Assembly (NCBI GenBank): GCA_963790305.1
Contig: CAWBOC010000013.1
Coordinates: 181,793-245,792 of the forward strand
Length of the DNA stretch: 64,000 nt
From: an uncultured Gemmatimonadaceae bacterium
GTDB lineage: Bacteria; Gemmatimonadota; Gemmatimonadetes; Gemmatimonadales; Gemmatimonadaceae
Direction of reading: 5' to 3'
Part shown: piece by piece, positions 54,772-64,000 of the stretch
Numbering within the stretch: position 1 is the first letter of the stretch
How the letters are laid out: the number at the start of each line of letters is the position of its first letter
Made by a program: the position numbers and the translations under genes
Notes under the pieces: generated by a model
What the model saw: only the letters and a program-made list of their open reading frames with translations
Told to the model about the DNA's origin: nothing
Database searches by the model: none

Positions 54772-57700
54772 CTAGGTTCCCTGAGGCAGCGATCCACCTA
54801 CCCGGTCGGTCGCCGTTTCGTCGCGATGTTCCGAAGCCAGCGCCAGATAGATCGCCGGCAGAATGAAAAGCGTGAAAACTGTTCCAATTGTCATGCCGCT
54901 CACCAGCATGATGCCGATGCTGTTGCGCGCTTCCGCGCCGGCGCCGGTGACGAAGACCAGCGGAAGGTGGCCGAACACAGTGGCCGCCGTCGTCATCAAG
55001 ATTGGGCGCAGGCGCGTGATCGCCGCCTCGCGGACCGCGGCGAGCTTGTCGGCGCCTTGCGCCTGCAGCCCGTTGGCGAACGAGACGATCAGGATGCCAT
55101 TTTTCGCGATGAGGCCGACGAGCGTGATCAAACCGATCTGGCTGTAAATGTTGATCGTCGTGAAGCCGAGGAACGTGAAAAGCAGCGCCGCGCTCAGCGC
55201 CAGCGGCACCGAGCCTAACAGCACGACAAGGGGATCGCGGAAGCTGCCGAACTGGGCGACAAGCACGAGGTAGATCAGCAGGATTGCGAATGCCAGCGTC
55301 CCGGCGAGCGTCGTTCCTTCCTGACGCAATTGCCGAGATTCGCCTGCGTAATCGATCGTATAGCCCTCGGGCAGGATGCGGCGCGCAGCGGCCTCAAGCA
55401 CGTTCAAAGCCTCTGCTTTGGTCACGCCCGGCTTTACGCCGCCATAGACGCGGAAGCTGTCGGCCTGCTGGAACCGCGCCAACGTGCGGGGCGCGGAGAA
55501 CGTTTCCAGGCTGACAAAGGCGAGAGCGGAACCTGCGCTCCGTCCCGCGTCCTCACCTTGTAGTCGAGCAGGCGTTCGGCGGACGCGCGCGACGCGCTGT
55601 CGACCTGCGGAATGACCTTGTAGGCGCGGCCATCGCGCGTGAAGCGGTTGACGTAGTTGCCGGCCAGCAAGAGGCCCAGCTGACGGCCGACATCGGCGAG
55701 GTCGAGACCCAGGTCGGCGACGCGTTCGCGATTGACGCTCACGCGGACCTGCGGCAGGTCGATCTTCAAATCGGTGTCGGCGAACATGAACTTGCCGCTC
55801 TCAAAAGCGGCAGCGACGAGTTCGGCGCCATAATCGGCCATTTGCTGCGGCGTGCCTGGCCCTTTGAGCACAAGCTCCACGTCGAAATTGCCGGCGCCGG
55901 GCAGCGGCGGCGGCAGCACTGGAAAGATTTGCAGTTCCTTGATCTGCGAAACTGCGCCGAAAATATCAGGCTGGATTTGATGCGCGGACGCTGCCGGTCA
56001 TGCCAGTTCTTGAAAAGAAATCCGCCAAATCCGCTCGATGGGAACACGATTTCGAACATCGCCTCGAACTCGGGCAGCGCTTTGCCAACGTCATACACCT
56101 TGTTCATGTGACCCGACGGTGTAGGCGAGCGAAGCGTCCGGCGCCGAATTTACAATCAACAGGACGAAGCCCTCGTCCTCGACGGGCGCCAGTTCCTGTC
56201 CTGAATACATGTAGAGCGGAATCGCCAGCACGCAGATGAAAGCGCCAAACGTCAGGACCTGAGCCCTTAGATGCAGCACGCCCTCAAGCGCCCGGCCATA
56301 GACTCTCCGCAAGCCGATCGAACCCCCGATTAACGAAACGCGCGTAACGGCCCTCGTGTCCGCCTTCCGGCGCCGAATACGCGCTCATGATCGGCGACAG
56401 CGTTACCGCGACAAAGCCCGAAACAATGACCGCAATAGCCAGCGTGAAGGCGAATTCCTTGAACAGCACGCCCGTCAATCCTGACAGAAACCCAATCGGC
56501 GCGTAGACCGCCGCCAATGTGATGGTCATTGAGACGATGGGCGTGAAGAGTTGCCGGGCGCTGGTCAGCGCCGCCTCGATGCGCCCCATGCCCTGGCGCA
56601 TGTAGCGCGACACGTTCTCGACGACGACGATGGCGTCATCGACGACAAGGCCGACCGATAGCACGATGGCGAGCAGCGTCAGCAGATTGAGCGAAAATCC
56701 CATCGCCATGATCGCGGCCATCGCGCCGATCAGCGAAATTGGAATGGTGACGAGAGGCACGAAGGCGCTGCGAATCGATCCCAGAAACAGAAACACGATC
56801 AGGCCGACAATCCCGACGGTTTCCGAGAACGTCGTCGCAATCTCCTTCAGCGAATTCTCCATATAGACCGCGCCGTCGTAGGCGAGATCGATCTCGGTTC
56901 CGGGCGGCAGTTGCGGCCTAATCTTCTTCAACTCGGCGCGCAGGGCATACGAGACGCTAATCTCGTTCGCCCCCGGCAGCGGCCACACGGAAAGGTAGAC
57001 GGCATCCTTGCCGTTGTGGCGGACATTGGAAGTCTCTTCCTCCGAGCCGAGCTCGACCCGGCCGACGTCGGACACGCGTATGACGCGGTCGGCGTCCTCT
57101 CGAACAATGAGCCGCTCGAATTCTTCCGCGCTGCGCAAGTCCGTGTCGGTCAGCAGGTCGACCTGAACCTCGCGGCCCTTCGCCCGCCCAACGGCCGCGA
57201 GAAAATTATTGCGCCTCAGCGCCGCTTCCACGTCGACCGGGCTTAGGCCGAAGCCGGCGAGGCGCTCTGCATCGAGCCAAATGCGCATGGCCTGCGGACG
57301 CGCGCCTTCAAGACCCACGCGCTGAACGTTGGGAATCGTGCTGAGCTGTGGTTGGATGTTGCGGGTCAGGTAGTCGGTGAGCTGCGGCGGCGTCATGCTC
57401 GTCGACGTCACGCTGACGTAGAACGTCGCGTAAGGTCGATCTGCGCGTTGCACCTCCACCACCGGCAATTCAATTTCGGTCGGCAGTTCGCTGCAAATCT
57501 GGTCGAGCCGGTTGCCGACTTCGGCAAGCGCGACGGTGCTTGGATGATTGACCTTCAGCCGCGCGGTCACCGTGCTCAGTCCGGCGACGCTTGTCGATTC
57601 TACGTAGTCGATGCCCGTGATCGACGACACCGCGCGCTCGACAGGCGTTGTCACGAAACCGCGGATCACGTCGGATGAGGCGCCGACGTAGACGGTCGTG

Positions 57701-57840
57701 ATGATGATCGATGAACTTTCGATCCGCGGATATTGCTGAATCGGAAGCTGAGTGATTGCGCGAAGCCCGATCAGCACCAGCGCAAGATTAACGACGATCG
57801 CGAGGACCGGCCGGCGCACGAAGATCTCGATCGCTCGCAT
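54772..57840 (-). CDS. RND efflux permease subunit; frameshifted into four pieces in the read
   Basis: FVRRPVLA, GLVVDDAIVVVEN, TLSP, GLIAKNGILIV, and RLRPILMT. Confidence 0.93.
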
Positions 57841-57853
57841 TCGAGCCTCGCCC

Positions 57854-58969
57854 CTAGTTGGCCGTGATTTCGCCGGCCGCCGCGGCAGGCGTCGACTCGG
57901 CCTGAACGAGCGCGCCGTCGCGAAGCTTGAACGAGCCCGACGCAGCGATAAGTTCGCCGGCCTTCAGGCCTTTCTCGACAGCGATCTCATCGTTCACAAC
58001 CGGGCCGGTCACAACTGTACGCTGGCGGGCGCGCACTTTGCCTTCCTCGGTCACAAGCGCGAACACGTGTTGGCCCTGCGGGGACCGGCGTACGGCCGCT
58101 AGAGGGATAAGAACCGTTTCGCGCGGAGCCGAAGTCGCGGCCGTCACGTCGACGAATGTTCCGGGCCGAAGGCGTTCGCCCAACCCCGCCGCCACGGCTC
58201 GAAATCTCACCATGCGACTGGCGCTGCTGACGCTATCGTCTTCCGCGACGATCTTCGCTGTCGCCGCTCCGCCAGGAAGACCGGCGCCCGTCAGCTCAAC
58301 GACCGTGCCCTGCTGGATGGCGGCTGCGCTGTCCTGAGGCAGGGCGAAATCGACATAGGCGTCGGCATCCAGTCCCTGCAGGGTGGCGATCTGCGTACCG
58401 ACATCGAGGTAAGCGCCGGGCTGGAGGTTGGTGATGCCGATACGCGCGCGGAAGGGGGCCAAAATCCGTTTTTTGTCGATCGCCACCTCGAGATTTTTCG
58501 CCCGCGCCGTCGCCGCCGCCATGTCTTCGCGCGCCTTGTCGAGCTCTTGCGGAGAGAAGGCCGCGCTGTTGCGCAGGCTCTCGCGGCGTTCGAACGTGAG
58601 CTTTGCTAGCCGCGCCTCCGCTTCTACGGCGGCGAGCGCCGCGCGCTCCTGGCGGACGTCGAATTGAACCAGCATCTGATCTTTTTCGACGACGGCGCCG
58701 GACGTAAAGCCAAGCTCCGCGATGGTTCCGGCTATCTCGTTGCGCAGTTCGAGCTGGCGAACGGCGACAACGGTGCCGATGGCGCGTGTCGACGCAGACC
58801 ATTCGCCTTGACGCGCCTTCACCGCCGCGACGGCGACGGCCATCTCGGGCGTTGCTTCTTCCGCTGTTTTCGCGGCGCTCAACTCGTTCAGCTTGTAGAA
58901 GCCGAGGCTCGCCGAAATTCCGACGATGGCGACTAGCACGACGAGCCAAGCGGCGATGGACCTTACCAT
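57854..58969 (-). CDS. RND efflux periplasmic adaptor subunit
   Basis: N-terminal TM, biotinyl-like GTI..L.F.SG..V, coiled coil, APF..RIG, and LRPG.FV. Confidence 0.9.
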   Translation of the reverse strand: MVRSIAAWLVVLVAIVGISASLGFYKLNELSAAKTAEEATPEMAVAVAAVKARQGEWSASTRAIGTVVAVRQLELRNEIAGTIAELGFTSGAVVEKDQMLVQFDVRQERAALAAVEAEARLAKLTFERRESLRNSAAFSPQELDKAREDMAAATARAKNLEVAIDKKRILAPFRARIGITNLQPGAYLDVGTQIATLQGLDADAYVDFALPQDSAAAIQQGTVVELTGAGLPGGAATAKIVAEDDSVSSASRMVRFRAVAAGLGERLRPGTFVDVTAATSAPRETVLIPLAAVRRSPQGQHVFALVTEEGKVRARQRTVVTGPVVNDEIAVEKGLKAGELIAASGSFKLRDGALVQAESTPAAAAGEITAN

Positions 58970-59454
58970 TAACGCACCGCCATCGGTTGAACGTCCAAGC
59001 AATCCGCGGCCTGAGCGTCGTGAGGCGCTTTTGGAGTTTTGAAGCGGGTTGAGGCAGCGCGCCGGGCCGGAAGACATCGCCGCGCAACAGCCGCCTCGGC
59101 ATCGCGGTCCTTATCGAAGCCGCAAGCGGCGGCGTCAATCCGCGCACCGCTCGGTTTGATTGATAAGAAAGCGCAATTGGTTAAATCCTCTTGCCGAGAA
59201 TGATCTCGCCGGGCGGTGGACCGTCGTGACCCCATATGCCAATAAGCGCTTGATCGCATGCAGAAATCTTTCCGCCACTTCGCGTCGCGCGTCGCGACGC
59301 ATCACTCGTCAAGGACGGCGACGGATCACGACGGCCGACAGGCTATTGACGCATTTTTGATGAGGGGCGCTAACAAAGGCGCCATTGCGGCGCGCGACGC
59401 AGCACAGCGTATCGCGAGGAGTGGAGAATACTCAGAATGCCGCGATTATTTGGT

Positions 59455-59788
59455 TCACGGCCCGGCTGACGTCGTGGCCGGCGAGCCGGTCGCCGCTTCG
59501 TCCTTGACCGGGTTTTTTAGCTCGCGCTTGCGGTACTTCTCGGTTGCGAGCCGGGCCCGCTCGCCGTCTGAACCCCAGCGATCATATCGCGAGACTTCCG
59601 GCCAGCGTTCGATCGTCTGCGTCTGCTTGTTCAGGGCGACAGAGTCGCCCACAGCGTAGCTGATCGTATCGCGCCGATCGAAGTATTCCTGGCAGCCGCA
59701 GAGGCCGAGTGCGGCGACGGTCAGAGCCGCCGCCCGCTTCCAAGCGATGCGCCGCGCGAGTTCTCACCCCATCACTTGGTCGCAGCAT
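59455..59788 (-). CDS. Small lipoprotein downstream of cpaC (start uncertain, probable read indel)
   Basis: AAALTVAALGLCGC lipobox, then QEYFDRRDTISYAVGDSVALNK..Q.I..WP. Confidence 0.6.
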
Positions 59789-61280
59789 GGGCGACGCCCT
59801 CCAATTCAAGATCTATGATGTGGCCGGCGAGGGTCGGATTACGATGCCGCTTTTCGCCCGCTTTCGGAATTTCCGCGCGGCCGTTGGCGAAGAAATCGAC
59901 GTCATTTGAGGCGACCGGGCCGTCGAGCGGCGTCTCGAGACGCTCGCCCGGCCGCTTGGGTTTCACAAGCCGCGGCGTGACGATGATCACGAGGTCGGTT
60001 TCCTGTTTCTGATATTCGGCGCTGCGGAACAGGGCGCCAAGGACGGGCACCTGTCCGATCCACGGAAGCTGCGCCTGATTTTTGCTGTGCGAATGCTGCA
60101 GCAGGCCGGCGATCGCGAGGCTTTGGCCGTCGCGCAGTTCGACGGTGGTGTTGGCGCGCCTTACGACGAGGCCCGGAATGCGGATGTTGTTGAGTTCGAC
60201 CGTGTTCGTCGGATCGATGTCGCTCACCTCGGGCGCGATCTTCAGATTGATGAGACTGCCCGACAGGACGGTGGGCGTGAAGGCCAGCGCCACGCCGAAC
60301 TGCTTGAACTCGATGGTGATGCGATTGTCGCTGGAGCTGACCGGGAAGGGAAACTCGCCGCCCGCCAGGAAGCTTGCCGTGTCGCCTGATGTGGTGGTGA
60401 GATTGGGCTCGGCCAAGCGGCGGGCCAATGACCGTTCCTCGAGCGCTCTCAAAAGAAGGTCGACATTGGTCCCGCCGTCGAGAACGCGCGCCAGCATCGA
60501 GCCGAACGGCGCGGCGCCGGATAGCATCGCGGCGGTCACCAGAGGACCCACGCCTGGATCGAGGAATTGGCCGCCCGTGTCGGCGGCGGCGCTCGGGCCG
60601 CGAATCCGGCTGCTGAAGCCAAGCTCGCGCGCGGCGGTGCGCGAAGCCTCGACGAAGCGCACTTCGAGCATCACCTGCTGCGGCGAAGCGACCGCCACGG
60701 CATTCGTGATGATCTCGGGCGGGGCGTAGCGTTGGGCGATGGCGACCGCCCGCTCAATGTCAGGCGCCGCCAGCACGACGCCGCTCAAAATGATGCCGCC
60801 GTTGACGGCGCTGACGCGAATATCGGCGTCCGCAACGTTCTCCGCGATCTTCGCCGCGAGGTCCTCGACATCCGGCGTGACGTCGACTTCCACGATCTTC
60901 AGAATTTTCTGATCTTCACCGACGACGGTCAGGCGCGTCGCTCCGATCTTCTTGCCGAGCACGTAAATGGCTCGATCCGAGAGCGGCACCACGTCGGCAA
61001 TTTCGGTTTCAGCGATCAACGCAGTCGTGTACGGGTGATCGAGGCGCACCACCTGCGACTTCTTCACAACGACGGAGGCGCGGCCGATGGAGCCCGAAAA
61101 ACGGTCGTCGTATTCGACGACAGGTCCGATCGGTCCCGCTTCGACTTGCCGGCCTGCCGCCGCGGCAAGACCCGGCGCGGTGAACCATGCGACCAAAAGG
61201 GCGCTAAGCGCCGCCAGCGCCTGAATCGCGGCCAAACGCAACGGACACCGTCCGTCGCAATGCGCATGATACTGCAGCAT
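59772..61280 (-). CDS. cpaC: Tad/Flp pilus secretin CpaC/RcpA
   Basis: IADV..LS....YVLGK..G.T, BON-like domain, QVMLEVRFVE, LAEPNL, FLAGGEFP, and LVIIVTP. Confidence 0.93.
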   Translation of the reverse strand: MLQYHAHCDGRCPLRLAAIQALAALSALLVAWFTAPGLAAAAGRQVEAGPIGPVVEYDDRFSGSIGRASVVVKKSQVVRLDHPYTTALIAETEIADVVPLSDRAIYVLGKKIGATRLTVVGEDQKILKIVEVDVTPDVEDLAAKIAENVADADIRVSAVNGGIILSGVVLAAPDIERAVAIAQRYAPPEIITNAVAVASPQQVMLEVRFVEASRTAARELGFSSRIRGPSAAADTGGQFLDPGVGPLVTAAMLSGAAPFGSMLARVLDGGTNVDLLLRALEERSLARRLAEPNLTTTSGDTASFLAGGEFPFPVSSSDNRITIEFKQFGVALAFTPTVLSGSLINLKIAPEVSDIDPTNTVELNNIRIPGLVVRRANTTVELRDGQSLAIAGLLQHSHSKNQAQLPWIGQVPVLGALFRSAEYQKQETDLVIIVTPRLVKPKRPGERLETPLDGPVASNDVDFFANGRAEIPKAGEKRHRNPTLAGHIIDLELEGVAHAATK

Positions 61281-61432
61281 CGCAGACCGTCCTCACGGTT
61301 ACTGTCCCGAACTCGGTTACGGAACTCAACACGGGAGACGCATCTACGAGAATGAGCGATTGGCTGAAAGACGCGCCAAAACCGCTCGGCGAACGCAACG
61401 CCGCGCGGCCAGTCGGCTGCTCGACGATTGGA

Positions 61433-62365
61433 CTATTGTCCGGCGATGACGCGGGCCACCGAATGCTCGGTCGCCACCCCCGTCCGCACGACCGTTACTT
61501 TCGCGCGCGGAGGGCCTAAGACCGGCTCAGTTGGCGCCGCCGGCGGCGGCGGCGCAACCGCATTCGTCGGCTCGAGTGCGGCAACGACGCGCTTATCCCC
61601 ACTATCCTCACTCAAATCTTCAGTCGTCACGCGCCGCTGCGCGACGGCCTCGGGAAAGGCCGCCTGTTCGCGCAGCGTCAGCGAAATCGTGGCGATCGTG
61701 GCGGCGAGAGCGATCTTCTGAGCGTCTATTTGCGTGGCTTCAAGCGTGACCGTTCGCGCCAGCCGCGCGTTTTCGAGTCGCGGATCGGCGGTCTGATCGA
61801 CAGCCAGCACGCGTAGCCTCTGGAGAAGAAGCTCCGTGTAGGCCTTCGGCGCCGAACCGGGCGACTCTTCGTTGTTCTTTCGTCCAAAAGTCGCCAGCAC
61901 GTCGACATAGTCGCCCGGCAGCACGAAACCGGCAACGCCCACAACGTCGTCCACGCGAACGCTGACGGCCTTCATTCCTTTGCGCAACATCGTGGACAAG
62001 CTGGCGCGCTGGCCGGGGCCTGTAATCTTGCCTTTCACGATGGGCTCGTTGCCGCGCAGCGGCTCCAGCACGGTGCGGGTCTCCTGCTCGGCGAACATTT
62101 CCTCCGCCGTTTGAAACGCGCCGTTTGGGAGGCTGTCCGCCGGCCAGTCCGCGATTTGCAGATTGTCCTTCGTCAACACCGTTCCGAAGTTCATGTCGTT
62201 CGCGGCCACGACAACCTTCGTCAAGCTGATCGAAGGCGGGGCGCTAACTTGTGGGCGCTCACGCGCCTTATCCGCCAGTGATGATATCCAATCGTAGGCG
62301 CCGACGGCGGCGAACGTCCCGCTCAGCGTTGCGATGCAGAGGGCAAGGGTCATTTCTCGGCGCAT
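61433..62365 (-). CDS. cpaB: Flp pilus assembly protein CpaB
   Basis: VVVAA SAF domain, GMKAVSVRVDDVVGVAGFVLPGDYVDV, VLAVDQ, and TVTLE. Confidence 0.93.
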   Translation of the reverse strand: MRREMTLALCIATLSGTFAAVGAYDWISSLADKARERPQVSAPPSISLTKVVVAANDMNFGTVLTKDNLQIADWPADSLPNGAFQTAEEMFAEQETRTVLEPLRGNEPIVKGKITGPGQRASLSTMLRKGMKAVSVRVDDVVGVAGFVLPGDYVDVLATFGRKNNEESPGSAPKAYTELLLQRLRVLAVDQTADPRLENARLARTVTLEATQIDAQKIALAATIATISLTLREQAAFPEAVAQRRVTTEDLSEDSGDKRVVAALEPTNAVAPPPPAAPTEPVLGPPRAKVTVVRTGVATEHSVARVIAGQ

Positions 62366-62418
62366 GGCGCGGCTCTCATGTGGCAATTCGTCGACACTCG
62401 AATCTCGCACGCGTAAGG

Positions 62419-62468
62419 TTAAGTTCTTGGTAAGACGCCTGTGGACCCAATCGTTAAATCTTTCCTAA
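62419..62468. promoter_or_regulatory. Two CtrA-like boxes between cpaB and the TPR gene
   Basis: TTAA-N7-GTAA at 62419-62433 and TTAA-N7-CTAA at 62454-62468, each one mismatch from TTAA-N7-TTAA. Confidence 0.55.
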
Positions 62469-62676
62469 CGCGACGCCCTCCTACCAATCCCCTGCCACGC
62501 CGCCACAAATTAGACCGCGAGCAATCGGTCCAAATCGGCCATGCACAAGTTCTTCACAACATGCTCCGTCGGCTGATCATTTGGCATCGGCGAAGTTGTG
62601 CTGGCGGCTTGATTCAGGCAGAAATTGCGGAGGCGTTCAGCGCCGTATTTTTGATTCCAGGGTGGGGCCGTCTTCA

Positions 62677-63177
62677 GTGACGCATGGTCGTCTCCTAGCG
62701 CGAATGCTCGTTGCGAGCGTGCTCCTGTCGCTTGGCGCCTGCGCGGCCCACGACATCGAGACGTTTTCGTTGTCGGACCCGACGCTGCCGCACGCCCAAA
62801 AGCCGCTTGCCGAAGCGAAGCTGCAGTTCAGCGAAGGCCACTTCGGCCTCGCCGTCGACGCCTACGCCAAGACCGTCGAGACTGATCCAAAAAATCCGGA
62901 AGCTTGGCTCGGGCTCGCCGCATCGTACGACCAAGTCGGCCGGTTCGACGAAGCCGACAAGGCCTACGCAAAACTACAGGAACTTATTGGCCCGACACCG
63001 AGCGTGCTGAACAACATCGGCTACTCGCATCTGCTGCGCGGAAATCTCGAAAAATCACGCGAGATGCTTGTCGCGGCGCTTCGGGCCGATCCGGGCAACC
63101 CGTATGTCTTGAACAATATCGACAAGTTGAACGAGAAGCTCGCCGCGCTCGGCCGAACTCCCGTCGCGACGAACTGA
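62677..63177 (+). CDS. TPR lipoprotein (TadD-like pilotin)
   Basis: LLSLGAC lipobox; TPRs AWLGLAASYD, LNNIGYS..LRG, and DP.N....NN. Confidence 0.82.
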   Translation: MTHGRLLARMLVASVLLSLGACAAHDIETFSLSDPTLPHAQKPLAEAKLQFSEGHFGLAVDAYAKTVETDPKNPEAWLGLAASYDQVGRFDEADKAYAKLQELIGPTPSVLNNIGYSHLLRGNLEKSREMLVAALRADPGNPYVLNNIDKLNEKLAALGRTPVATN

Positions 63178-63276
63178 CTTCGCTTTTTTGCGCGCTGTCT
63201 CAGTCGAGCGGCTGACGGCAGCGCTTTGGGCAGAAGTCCGGCGCCCTGCGCCATTCGACCTTGCCACGACGCCCCG

Positions 63277-64000
63277 TCAGTCGGCACAAAAGCGATGCGA
63301 GCCTTCGGCTCCTCCGAAACCCACCGCTGCCCGTCCATCGAAAACAAAACAAGCGCCGCGCCATGGACTAGCGTCCGGCGGAGACCTTGTGAGATAGTTC
63401 AGGATGCCGCCTTGCAGCTGATAAACCTCTGCGAAGCCCTGGCTCAGCAGATACGAGGACGCCTTTTCGCAGCGGATGCCGCCCGTACAGAACATGGCGA
63501 TCCGCTTGCGCTTGTCTCCGCCGAGTTCGCGCTCCACGAAAGCGGGAAACTCGCTGAACGACCGCGTGCCCGGATCGCGGGCGCCGGCGAAGCTACCGAC
63601 GGCGATCTCATAGTGGTTGCGCGCGTCGATGAGAATGACGTCTGGCTCACCGATCAAAGCATCCCAATCTTCCGGCTTCACGTATCGCCCGACGCGCTGG
63701 AACGGATCGGTTTCGGGCGCGCCAAAGGTGACGATTTCCGGTTTGATTTTGATTTTCAGGCGCCCAAACGGGTGATCGCGGGTTTCGATCTCCCGACTCG
63801 AGAGGTCGGAAAATCGCCGATCGGATCGCATTGCCGCGTGAAGCCCGGCGATCGCCGGCGCTTTTCCGGACACAGTCGCGTTCACGCCCTCGCTCGCAAT
63901 GACGATCGTGCCTCGGATCGCGGATGCGCGACAGAGCTCCAGCAGGGACGCGCGCAAAGCTTCGCAGTCGGAAATGGCGACAAACTTGTAGAATGTCGAG
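63277..64000 (-). CDS. trhO: Rhodanese-domain tRNA hydroxylase TrhO (YceA), 5'-truncated by window edge
   Basis: FYKFV, EGVNAT, K.EIVT.G, DARNHYE..VG.F.GA, MFCTGGIRCEKA, and CFVFD.R. Confidence 0.9.
   Translation of the reverse strand, partial: STFYKFVAISDCEALRASLLELCRASAIRGTIVIASEGVNATVSGKAPAIAGLHAAMRSDRRFSDLSSREIETRDHPFGRLKIKIKPEIVTFGAPETDPFQRVGRYVKPEDWDALIGEPDVILIDARNHYEIAVGSFAGARDPGTRSFSEFPAFVERELGGDKRKRIAMFCTGGIRCEKASSYLLSQGFAEVYQLQGGILNYLTRSPPDASPWRGACFVFDGRAAVGFGGAEGSHRFCAD

Overview
The window looks like four unrelated, indel-rich (long-read-like) fragments joined end to end, with inferred junctions near 33820, 35535 and 39400. Taxa are inferred from gene content and style only. (A) 1-~33820, Gemmatimonadota-like: housekeeping genes (SDR, asparaginase, CCA-adding enzyme, ZIP transporter, rarA, hflX), a methyltransferase/glycosyltransferase block, then a ~17.5 kb Wzm/Wzt-type polysaccharide locus led by a KOW-less RfaH-like factor with an ops-like element. 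(B) ~33820-35530, actinobacterial-like: 3' end of NAD-dependent formate dehydrogenase, class III-like Zn alcohol dehydrogenase, a 29-aa smORF and a zf-TFIIB protein. (C) ~35535-39400, sphingomonad-like: secreted beta-propeller protein and a divergent triple TIR/TIR-like protein that runs in frame into manC, probably across a junction. (D) ~39400-64000, Hyphomicrobiaceae-like: manC, an epimerase, a general-stress island marked by repeated GGAAC-N16/17-CGTT promoters (cinA, sodC, yciF, GH15-otsA-ROK-otsB and others), an RND pump, partial Tad pilus genes with CtrA-like boxes, and trhO. Top leads are a lanmodulin-like four-EF-hand protein inside the stress island, an unannotated three-hairpin sRNA with its own stress promoter and terminator, the KOW-less RfaH-like factor, and the triple-TIR protein. 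Coordinates of frameshifted genes are approximate.
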